This document shows positions 53,401 through 64,000 of a stretch of DNA of 64,000 bases, in pieces. Positions within the stretch are counted from its first letter, which is position 1; the number at the start of each line of letters is the position of its first letter. The notes under the pieces were generated by a model. That model did no database searches. It had not been told where the DNA came from and worked only from the letters and a program-made list of their open reading frames with translations. This DNA comes from Laetmonice hystrix (taxonomy: Eukaryota): contig OZ249436.1 of the NCBI GenBank assembly GCA_965235115.1, forward strand, positions 42,100,001 to 42,164,000, written 5' to 3'. The position numbers were made by a program, and so were the translations under genes.

Positions 53401-56400
53401 CCCGGCCTGTGTGCTTCTGCCTATCTGAGGGAAACAGAGCCAGACAAATAACCAGCGAGCACGTGAACAATATCCATTGTAGAGCTTAAGGTAATCGAAT
53501 GAAATGTTGCTTAGGTTCTTCTACGTCCCCTGAAGTAAATTAGATGTCCCTGTTCATCTCCGTTCCTTAGATATGGCCATCTATTGATGGCAGGGTGTGT
53601 GTAAATGAGCCACGTCTGGCCTACTTCCATCACACAGGGCCGGGGTCCATGCATCCAGGGCCGGGGTAAGCTATATCAATGTCCTTTTCACTCCACACTC
53701 GCTCTGTGCCCAAAGTTCTTATCTATGTGATCTGAGATTCGACATGAACCAAGCTGAGAATGTCAGCTATACAAAACTAAAAAAACCCGTGTCGAAAGAC
53801 GAATTGGTAGCTGAGATAAAGCCGTGACACACATTCAATACAGCAGAGCGCTGGACGGGACGCTGGTCTGACCTACTTGGCGCTGACTGGGGGAGGGAGC
53901 GGGGGTCGCGGAGGCAATTAGTGGACAACACTCGACTGACGTCGGGCCCGTGCAGCACACGGGGAGATTCCCTATGTTAACAAGCATGGTCGGCTCCCCA
54001 CTTCTCAGACCCGGGTAGCGGCTTGGGAATCGGCCAACTTTAAACGCTGATTGTGACTTTGTTTATGCGCCTAATTAGCCCTACAAACTTTAGTGAGTTC
54101 CTGTCACCCATCCCTACGTCTCATGGCAGGTACAGCCCCCGGAACACTTTCTTTCAGAAGTTAGCCTCCGATCCACTACAATCTCCTGTAGTACCTTTTC
54201 GGGGCTAATGGTTTCTTGGCAGCGGTGCTTTGTGCTGAGGGCGGGCGGGAGACCGGCCCGTGCGGGGCACGGGGGGAGGGCTGCTTGTCGTCCAGAAGTA
54301 TACCGTGCGAGCAGCGGCAAACTAACGCAGTGGCGAACAACAAAACAACAAACGAGACACACAGACAGACGGGCGGAGGTTAACCGGATAACACAGTGCA
54401 GCTGTGATTGGCTACTGCTGCTAGTGGCCGCTTTCGTGCTGCCATCTGGTGGCGGAGCGCATTGTGGCCGCCACTCTCAGTGCTGCCACCTGGTGGCGAA
54501 TGGGGACATGCCATTCAGCAGGCGACAGCCTCGTGGCGGCAGGGCGGCAGTATAGTGACTGCCTGGAGGAGGGTGCCACGTGCTACACACGAGCAGGGCA
54601 TTGTGATCCAACAATGTCATCATGCCACCTAAATAGCCAGCAAAAATTCGCGGGGGGGGGGGGGGAGGGGGGGCGGGGGGGGAGGGGGGGCGGGGGGGGA
54701 GGATGAAAGCAAATGGCAAAGTGGCAGCATCCCTTTATCAGACCCAAACATCACGTGTGGATGCCCTTCAATAACAGTGACAATATATATTAATTAAGAC
54801 ACCTGGAATTAACGAATATTGTTCCACAGTGGCAGGTGTTGCCACACCTGCCCTGGGAGCCTGGCGGCCATAGGGCCAGAACAGTCTGTCTTCTGAGGGG
54901 GGAGTGAAATGTGGGGCCGCAAGCGTCCCACATCCCACTCCCCTGAAGGGGAGCTCGCCCTTCATACCTGTCTTGCCAGTTATTCATCTGTACACGTCCT
55001 CTGCCAGCACTCCAAAGGTAATTCACCAGGTGGCGCGTCCATAGTAAACGTAGTTCCACCTTGTGCCACCAGATGTCCTGCAGCTGCCGACCCCTGACTG
55101 CAGCGTCGGGTGGAGTGGATTTCTCATTAATTATTGGCCGTGTGTCAGAGCTCCTATCTCAATAGGTATCCACTTTACTCCCGAGACATAGGACCTAGGA
55201 TAGTAGCTTATCCTTTTTCTGATGGGAATCTGTTAACTATGTAGCCCATATCCCATTCCTGTGGCAGTTATGGGCGTTATCCCCGGTCCCTACTGGAGAG
55301 CCACGCTGCCTGCCTGTGTGCCTGGCCATGCGGCCGTGTGCTATAGTGTACCCTTCAGCGTTGACGCTCTGTGTGCTGCACGCCACTGAAATCCGTATAC
55401 CCGGCCTGTGTGCTTCTGCCTATCTGAGGGAAACAGAGCCAGACAAATAACCAGCGAGCACGTGAACAATATCCATTGTAGAGCTTAAGGTAATCGAATG
55501 AAATGTTCCTTAGGTTCTTCTACGTCCCCTGAAGTAAATTAGATGTCCCTGTTCATCTCCGTTCCTTAGATATGGCCATCTATTGATGGCAGGGTGTGTG
55601 TAAATGAGCCACGTCTGGCCTACTTCCATCACACAGGGCCGGGGTCCATGCATCCAGGGCCGGGGTAAGCTATATCAATGTCCTTTTCACTCCACACTCG
55701 CTCTGTGCCCAAAGTTCTTATCTATGTGATCTGAGATTCGACATGACCCAAGCTGAGAATGTCAGCTATACAAAACTAAAAAACCCCGTGTCGAAAGACG
55801 AATTGGTAGCTGAGTTAAAGCCGTGACACACATTCAATACAGCAGAGCGCTGGAGGGGACGCTGGTCTGACCTACTTGGCGCTGACTGGGGGAGGGAGCG
55901 GGGGTCGCGGAGGCAATTAGTGGACAACACTCGACTGACGTCGGGCCCGTGCAGCACACGGGGAGATTCCCTATGTTAACAAGCATGGTCGGCTCCCCAC
56001 TTCTCAGACCCGGGTAGCGGCTTGGGAATCGGCCAACTTTAAACGCTGATTGTGACTTTGTTTATGCGCCTAATTAGCCCTACAAACTTTAGTGAGTTCC
56101 TGTCACCCATCCCTACGTCTCATGGCAGGTACAGCCCCCGGAACACTTTCTTTCAGAAGTTAGCCTCCGATCCACTACAATCTCCTGTAGTACCTTTTCG
56201 GGGCTAATGGTTTCTTGGCAGCGGTGCTTTGTGCTGAGGGCGGGCGGGAGACCGGCCCGTGCGGGGCACGGGGGGAGGGCTGCATGTCGTCCAGGGGAAC
56301 AGGCAGGCATTGAGACGGAATAAGATATGTCAACAGCTACATTGGTCGAGGCTACTAGTTAACTTCTCTACAATACTACACCCAATCCTTTTTTCCAAGT

Positions 56401-57139
56401 CATTGGAACATGTTCTGCTTCTCAGGTGTTTGCAGTATGTTTTTAAATGTACAAGCACGTGTTTTTTTAATGGAGAACCTGTTTATAACTAAACGAGTTG
56501 GAGAATAAGATATCCGAATAAGAAACGCCTTCCTATCGCACATAGCCCGTCGTCCTGACCTGGCTTCGTTTAAAAAAAACTATGTTCAAAAAGGCGTTGC
56601 AAGATGTTAGCAATCTGACATGCCCTCCCAAGAGATCTCATACTGAATCTTACTGTGGCAAGTTTGCCGTGAATCAATTATTGAGCTTTTACTGTGAGGG
56701 CCATTATAATCAGGTATTCAGATGTCAAAAGAACCAGTTATGTTTCGTGCTCTAAATTCCTCGGCTGAACTCTTATTTTTGAGTCCATCCAGACGTATTG
56801 CCTTTAGTTTTTTTTTATCGGCATACATTGTATATACAAAAATATCCTCATAGAGTAGAATTCACTAAATTGATTACGTCATAGTAAACTGTCAATCAAA
56901 ATGTAAACTAAGATTAGAGCGTATACAGTTTAAGTGTAATCACTCACAGCCAGCAACATAATTAATACCATGACCTCCGACACCAACTGCGCCCTGTGCA
57001 GTATATATATACCAGTAGTTAGAGGAGCCCGTTGGGCTGTAAGCCTGGCAGCGTAATGTAGCTAATAAAAAGTCGCCTTTCTTTCTTCTATTTGATCAAT
57101 TCAAGGTCAGGGATATTTTCGACGATTCTTATCTCCAAA

Positions 57140-57307
57140 ACACTTCAAGATAACCACTTTTATTACAAATAATGGATGAAGATATTATATGAAGTTTCTT
57201 TGTGACTCTCCTCTCATATGGACTAAATATAAAAGTACGCATAGTTCCTAGACCCACAGATAATTAGTCCCTACCCAGTTGGGGGCTGTGACTCCGACGA
57301 AGTCTTG
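57140..57307. mobile_element. Right-end fragment of the 25812-26673 element family
   Basis: CACTTCAAGATA...AAAGTACGCATAGTTCCTAGACCCAC...GTTGGGGGCTGTGACTCC matches 26490-26673. Confidence 0.85.
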
Positions 57308-58888
57308 TATCTCGTAGATACCTCCGTACCCCCGATTTCGACTATAGTGTGGTATAAATTGACCATCTTTACAACTATACCGATCTGCTATTATATTAGT
57401 GAACCTTTTTGTAAAGGTGCTATTCTGATGTTGGCATAAAATTCTTGCCCAAGTATGCTTGGCACAAACAGTTCTGCTGGCATGGACTCAAGTTGAGGGA
57501 GTGAGCTGGCACAGGTCAGAGTGCTGGCAGTCAGGGTACTACGCTCACTTAGTCTGTTATGTAATATGTCGGTCTAACCTTTACATTTGCTGACCTTTTG
57601 TGAACCAGTTGGTATATACTGAAACGAAGTGTTTCCCCCAGAATGTTCTTCCTCGGTTCAGGGCCTTATACGCAGCCTAAAATTGCTGGGGGGGGGGGGA
57701 TCTAGGTGAAAAAGGGCACCCAGATCACAAGGATGAACTCATACCTTTAAAAAGGGCACCTGCTCGTCAAAAGGGCATTTTTTCACCCGCGAGGTACGGC
57801 CCTGCAGTTATATCTGCAGATATTGCTCATGTGACCTAAGAACCTAAGGGTCAATACTCGGAACAGACGGAACTCGAAGGAGGGGCAAGAGAGAGAAAAT
57901 GCGGGAGGATCTGCCAGAAAACTTTACACTTATTTGATGTCCAGAGATTATAAAAAATATATTTCCTGTTATTTTTAGGAGGTCAGGGCAGAATTTGTTT
58001 CGGCCACGGCTGTTGGATTCCGGTATTCCGGTTTCTTTCTTTCGTTACGTTTACAACAAAAACAAAAAGCCGAGGTCAGGATACTAGGCCAGTATCTGCC
58101 ACAGGGAATATCTAGTCCCTACACACCGCGCATTTTTACACTCAGTCCAGGTCTCTATGCAAATTAAGTCTCTATACTTTGCCAAAAACCCTAGGGCTAG
58201 GGCTAGCTTAACGACGGGCCAATACAACTGTCAATGAAACCTGAACATCGGACAAAGATTTTCTACTTTTTTTTAGCAAAAGCTTTTCACCACTTGAATA
58301 ATTAAACGGCCACGCAGTCATTTTTGTACATGTGTACGCCCCTTTAGTTGCATCCCTTTATGTGGCTTGAAATTTTAACCATACCAAATAAAGTTACGAC
58401 TATTTTCTATCTCATACAATTCCTGTTGTTTATGCTGTTTCATTAACATTGAAGTTACTTTTTTAAAAGACGTTTGTCGTATTTTGTAGATTTCTTGACG
58501 CACACTCTTGTGTCCTGTTACTTTCAATTGCTTACAAAGACAGCTCGTTACTTTATTAGTATAAATTGTCAGATTAAATTTCAAGAAAAGCTGGGATTAA
58601 TGATTCTCTTGACGTGTAGATCTCTCTGGATCTTCCGCCCACTGCCCTTTCAAAAGGAGCATTTCCTCAAGCCAATATTTTGCTTATTTTAGCAGAACAG
58701 AACAAACAAAGAAATGATTCCCACACGTTACACCATGTTAATCATGTGGTAAAGTTACGTAAGATTGAACCCTTTTACCATCACCGATGTAGTTTCGACC
58801 ACGATGTCGTATCTTTGCAATGCGCTCGCCTCACTCAAGCCCGACGGCGGTGATCGGGGATACTTATTGCGCCATGCGATGAATCATA

Positions 58889-59330
58889 CAGGGTTCCCAA
58901 GCCTGGGGAAAAGGTTATGGAAAGTCATGGAAAATGGGCAAAAAAAATTAGTCATGGAAACTGAAAAATATCATAGAAAAGTAATGGAATTTATATGGAT
59001 GTCACTTCACATTTATCGCGATTTTGGCTGCGGCAGTCCACCAGTTTGTTTTAAATTCCATAACCTATGTCTACTTAATCTAATCAGTACATTATGTGTT
59101 GCATATTGTTGCATCACGATTTCAAGTTGTGTAGGCGTTGTGGGTGGATCGGATGGCTAGGAGTATGAGGGGAGGAGGCCATCGTAACAAAATTGATATA
59201 TGTGTGATGGATATTATTGTAGCATATCTTCTACATTTGATTCTATAAAATATCGCATGTCATGGAAAACAACATAAATTGTCATGGAAAAATCATGGAA
59301 TTTTGTAATCAGATTTCCGTGGGAACCCTG
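58889..59330. mobile_element. hAT-like MITE with 6-bp TSD
   Basis: TIR CAGGGTTCCCA...TGGGAACCCTG flanked by ATCATA on both sides; subterminal GTCATGGAA repeats. Confidence 0.88.
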
Positions 59331-60554
59331 ATCATAGGTGGTGGGGCGAGTGGGTGGGCTCTCACAAAGAGTATCTTTCAACTCTAATCCGGAAGGGCGG
59401 GTGTTCCTAATCCTACACACGAGTACCTTTTGTACAACAGAAGCCTAATTCATTATAGGCCCAGTATAGGCCTGGTTCTTATTCTGGGTAAACAGTGAAG
59501 TGGGGGTGTGGCGCCCTTCCCTCCTGCTCAACAACCTCTCCAATGAGTCAACATCCCCCTGTATTCTCAGCTAAACTAAGAGGGCACTGGAGTCACTTGG
59601 TCGAATCCTTACAGGGAAAAAGTCGGAATTATTGGCCTCTTGGTACAGTCTTTTTAAAATCCCAGCTCCGCACGAGCTATACTTCATTTGACAAAATAAT
59701 GACTGGGAAATCGGTTCTTACAAGGCAGAGGCCCGTCGTCCTGGATAATTATAACAATCGATCCATGTAGACTCCTCTAGGAAACATTTTCAAATCACGA
59801 CCATCCCTTTTTACGATCCCCGAGGATTACGTACATGAAAGATACGCCGGGAAACGTCCTTTACAATGTACTGTATAGCAGCGTGACTCGCACATCGGGT
59901 TGTCATGACAACAGTGACAAATGATGAGCTAAGAATTCAACCAAATGACTCCAGTGCCCTCTGAGTTTAACTGAGAATACCGCTGAGTCATCAGGAGGCA
60001 AGCCTCGACAGAGCGGAGTTTAGCGTTTGACACTAGGTGGCAGTAACGTATACAGAATGTGGCCTTTTACGCCCCAGTCCCAACCGCATCGCCAAGAGGT
60101 GGCCAATTTGATAGTCCATGAGCCAGATAGGTTGATCGGTACCAGTTTGGGGGGCAAATTCTCACTAGTACCATCTTGTAGTACTACCCAAAGGTAAATA
60201 AATTTGGTATGATAGACATTCCAAAGTAGTAGCTTAATCACTGTTTTACAGTGTTTACATTTTACCAAGATATGCACCCATTCATACAAAGGATTTAGCT
60301 TATAACACTCGTAACCATGTATCAAGAATGGCCATAACGGGTTCTATACTTCCTATGAAGCATAGAATTACTTCATATCCAATATTATCCGGTGTAAGAT
60401 TCAGATAAAATTAATATTTGCATCTCTGAGATTTACTTTTGTATCATTTTGGATGATAGGACATGAATTCAATTTGAATTTTCCGTCTGTTTAGTCCTTT
60501 TCTACAAAGACGCTGGCATTAATACAAAGAACCGTGATGTAAAAAGACATCTTG

Positions 60555-62500
60555 TTATATAAGGAACTCCTCGAGTACTTGAAACTGGTGTAAAACAATA
60601 AAACACCTGGCTCTGATGGTCTCCCTGCTGAATTTTACAAATTCCTCTGGACAGACATCATACCTTGTCTTTTCTTCACTAAATTATGCCTACTCTGCTG
60701 AACATCTTTCTATTGAGCAGAAGCGTGGAATCATAACCCTAATTCCCCAAAAGGGCAAAAGTAAACTATTCATAACTAACTGGAGACCTATCTCTCTCCT
60801 CAATACTGACTATAAATTGCTTGCTAAAACCCTCACTGCTCGCCTCTGTGCCGTTATATTATTAGCGCGGATGAGACTGCTTATATCAAAGGTTGTTTCA
60901 TTGGTGAAAATGTCTGTGTCATATAGACGATATTCTGTCCATTGCACAAACACGCGGATTATCCTGCATTATAACGGACGTTTAGGTGCCCCCTTTCATC
61001 GACAGAGAGGGGTACGTCAAGGCTGTCTTATTTTAGCTTATTTATTCTTGCTAGTTGCTGAACTAGCTTCCTACATAAGAAAAGATAAAGATGTAAAAGG
61101 TGTCTTTATAAATGATTACGAAATTAAAATTACTCAAGTTGCTGATGATACTACACTAATTCTCTTTGATTGTGAGTCCCTAAAGAATAATTCTCCACCA
61201 AATATAACTCAAATCCTTTTGGTATTACATGGACCAACGGAAATATACAGTCCCTTGGTGTTACTTTTGTAGCCAATGAGTTTGGCTCAAATATTTAGCG
61301 TGCCCAAAAATGTTATCGTTGAAGTAGAATGACTTTTTATGGAGTGGTGGCAGGTCAAAAGTTCCCAAAAGTTTCATCACTCAAACGATAGATAATGGTG
61401 GTTTGAAAATGGTGGATTTTACCAATAAAATTAAAGGGTTACGATTGTCTTGGATTAACCGTTTACTACATAACCACAAATCCAGCTGGACAACCACAGC
61501 TAGGTCTCTCTTATAAATATCTGAACATAAAACCATTCCATTTTTTTCAATATGACTACAGATATTGTGACTTGAAAGCGCTGCCTTCCTTTCTATTACA
61601 AGTTATTAACCTTCTGGAACGATATAAAGAATGTTATCCCCACCAATCGGGAACAGGTTCTCAAACAATGTATTTAGAATTACAATTCTCTATTAATTAG
61701 CAAAAAGCCCCTTTGTTGGAAATAATGGATTAATATGGGTGTAGCTTTTATATCCTATGACATCATTGGGTGGGTGGGTATTTGGGGTTTTCCGCCTTGC
61801 AACAGCCAGGGTCATGTCACGGCAGTGAAGATGATGATGAAAGTCAGTTTTTCTTGCTGGAGGAAACCGGAGAACCCGGAGGAAACCACCAGCCATCGGT
61901 ACGGAACTGACTAACAAACCTTTCACACATGCATCCCAGGCCGGAGATCGAACCCAGGTCCCAGTGGTGTGAGGCGATGGTCCTCGGTGTCATGAGCCAA
62001 CACCTTAGACTATTCGGCCACCCGAGGCCCCCCTGTCACATCGTTTATTTCTCAAGCAAGAAATAATACGATCTGTTGGTTCAAAATGCTGCCAGAATAC
62101 CTTCGGGCGTTATAAGCTGGAGTAAAATATTTCCTCAACTGCAGTTATCCGAATGGACTAGAATATACAGATTATATTTTCTCCATAACAAGAGAGACAG
62201 CCGTCCAAATATTTCAATACAGAATTATTCATAAAATGATACCATCTAATAAATGGTTATTTACAATCAGGAAGAAAGACTCCTCTTTATGCAGCTTTTG
62301 TAAAGAAACCGATACAATCCAGCATTTCTTTTTTCCCTGTGCAAAAACAAAGGAATTTTGGGAGCGCTTATGGCAATGGCTTATGACCATCGCTGATGCT
62401 CTTATAAATGTCAGTGAGGAGCAAATGTTATTTGGCATCCTGTAAGAAGGGTCCAATAACGTTATATTATGTTATGTTATACTAAATGCAATTTTTTTTA
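60555..62500 (+). mobile_element. 5'-truncated, frameshifted L1/Tx1-clade LINE ORF2 relic
   Basis: RT motifs KTPGSDGLPAEFYK, NWRPISLLNTDYKLLAK, RGVRQGC and QVADDTTL across frameshifts; C-terminal CSFCKETDTIQHFFFPC zinc knuckle. Confidence 0.93.
61766..62032 (-). mobile_element. tRNA-derived SINE inserted antisense in the LINE
   Basis: Minus strand reads GGGGCCTCGGGTGGCCGAATAGTCTAAGG (A box), GGTTCGATCTCC (B box), core GGTTTCCTCCGGGTTCTCCGGTTTCCTCC (V/Meta-SINE-like) and a (ACCC)n tail. Confidence 0.9.
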
Positions 62501-64000
62501 TAATAGAAAATGAACAACTGTGAAACGTTGTATCTATGAAAGTTCAAAAACTTTCTAAAAAAGGTACTTCATAGCAATAATGTTCACATGTGTTAAGAAA
62601 ATAGAAGCAAAATGTTAGTAGACGTGTAAATAAACATAGGTGGGCCTATACTACCTTATGAGAAGAAGACCGCAAATTGGCCTACTTATCAGGTTCTGTT
62701 CAAGAAAGTTCTAGCCTGCTTGTATCATGTAACGGTCTACTTGTATACAAATGATTATTTACCAAGCCATAAATGTATCTAAATACTATAAATTGTTATA
62801 TAACTATACTTGATCACATTTTAAGTTAGTGTATAACGGTTTAAAAGGAAAATAAAAGCCCTGATGCCTAAATAACATTGGCCAAACCAACCTGATTGGC
62901 GATACATGTATATCCCCAATTTTGGAGTAGCAAGTTGCACTGGCCCACCCATGAAAACCCTCTGATATAACACATTAAGCTACTACTTATAAATGTCTAT
63001 CATGCAGAAATATTAAGTAGGGATATTATACTTAACAAAAATGCATATTAGAATTTGCCCCCCAAACTGGTACCGATTTGTCATTTTTGGCCTATCTGGC
63101 TCATGGACTATGACGGGTGTAGAAAACAGGAGGCCTACGCTATATTAATCACCAAATTAACAGTTAAAAGTGATTGACGAATATCACATAAGGACTTAAG
63201 GATATTCCAAATCCAGTAATCAGAAGCCCCGTAACGATCCGAATTGACCGAGGCACTGCAGCTTCTCGCTTAGGTGAAACGTTTCATATTGTTGGGGGGG
63301 GGGGGGGGGGGTCGACCAGGATCGGCGCCCTCATTTTTATACAGGTTTTCTACTTTTCTAATATGAGAATGAAAAATTTTATTTAAAAAAAAATTCAGAA
63401 CCAGATCTTCGACCCAGGGTCATATTAGCGCCATCTATAGTTTCAAAAGCCAAACCTACACTGCCACCTAGTGCAAACACTGTAGCTAAAGCACCCACCT
63501 GACCTCCACGCCTTGCAAGCTATCACCCACTTTCTGGCAATTTAGAAAACTAAACTATCGACTTTTTTTTATAGATAGTTTTATGTTAAATGTAATGTAT
63601 TCATAAAAATCGTTTGTGTTCATGATTTTATTGCTATCTGTATTAAAATAATGTCTGTATATGGGACTACATGCATTTCCTTTACATAATACATTACATC
63701 TCAACTCATCCATCCCACTGACTAAGCTTTGATAAAATTGGTCCAAACCACCAAAATCTCAAATTCTTTATCCAATCCCAATTACCTCTTAACATGGAAA
63801 GCAAATTCCCGCGACATGAATTATCTAATGGACGATTCCTGAGCAAAAATTAAACAATCGATGGCGTACGTTGTACTCCCATATCCCGAAGAAAGAACCC
63901 CCTATAATAGAACCAGACATGTCCAGCAAATTTCCAGCCATGTAACAGACCATCAAATTCTACCCATCTTACACTCATTCTGAAGTCATCGGCATTACAT

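Larger units (their letters stand above)
43220..56295. repeat. Complex non-coding array of ~2-2.5 kb modular units rich in CTCF-consensus sites
   Basis: Homologous heads at ~43220, 45719, ~48410, 52286 and 54288, plus a degraded head at ~47727-48020. Tail type B lies at ~44060-45450 and ~49260-50712, with a variant at ~50720-52285. Tail type C lies at ~46380-47726, ~52950-54287 and ~54950-56295. Confidence 0.95.
60112..63110. mobile_element. Non-autonomous TIR element with TAG...CTA ends and a 3-bp TSD (Academ-like)
   Basis: TAGTCCATGAGCCAGATAGG..ATCGGTACCAGTTTGGGGGGCAAATTCT is inverted at ~63050-63110; TGA duplicated at 60109-60111 and 63111-63113. Confidence 0.8.

Noticed and set aside
43220..56295. 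Possible snRNA, 5S, tRNA, histone or CRISPR-type array
   Set aside because: No recognisable U1/U2/U6, 5S, tRNA or histone sequence, no short repeat-spacer structure, and the context is eukaryotic.
43177..56492. Many recurrent 60-145 aa ORFs in the array (e.g. MARHDLGRRGFRL..., MATAASGRF...)
   Set aside because: They recur only because the DNA is repeated. They overlap in all frames, are broken by frameshifts between subtypes and show no recognisable domain.
61930..62032. tRNA-like sequence
   Set aside because: It is the head of a SINE, with no intact cloverleaf and a following SINE core and tail.

Overview
Eukaryotic (bilaterian invertebrate, inferred from intron style and repeat content) genomic DNA. 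Bases 108-13470 carry the 5' part of a minus-strand KAT6A/KAT6B (MOZ/MORF, enok-like) histone acetyltransferase gene. Ten coding exons can be joined in phase with GT-AG sites and encode the N-terminal winged-helix/H15 region, the double PHD finger and most of the MYST domain; the gene runs off the left edge. About 13.5-43 kb is a gene-poor tract with MITEs, a decayed Tc1/mariner element and simple repeats. The most unusual region is a ~13 kb non-coding array (about 43.2-56.3 kb) of ~2-2.5 kb modular units. Each full unit has a conserved head with a pair of reverse-oriented CTCF-consensus sites, followed by a pair of forward sites. Several sites carry the CTCF upstream motif at the expected spacing, and units also share CCAAT, E-box, CRE and forkhead motifs. 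It looks like a tandemly amplified, divergently oriented insulator cassette; function is inferred from motifs only. The right end has a three-level nested insertion: an Academ-like TIR element containing an L1/Tx1 LINE relic, which contains a tRNA-derived SINE.
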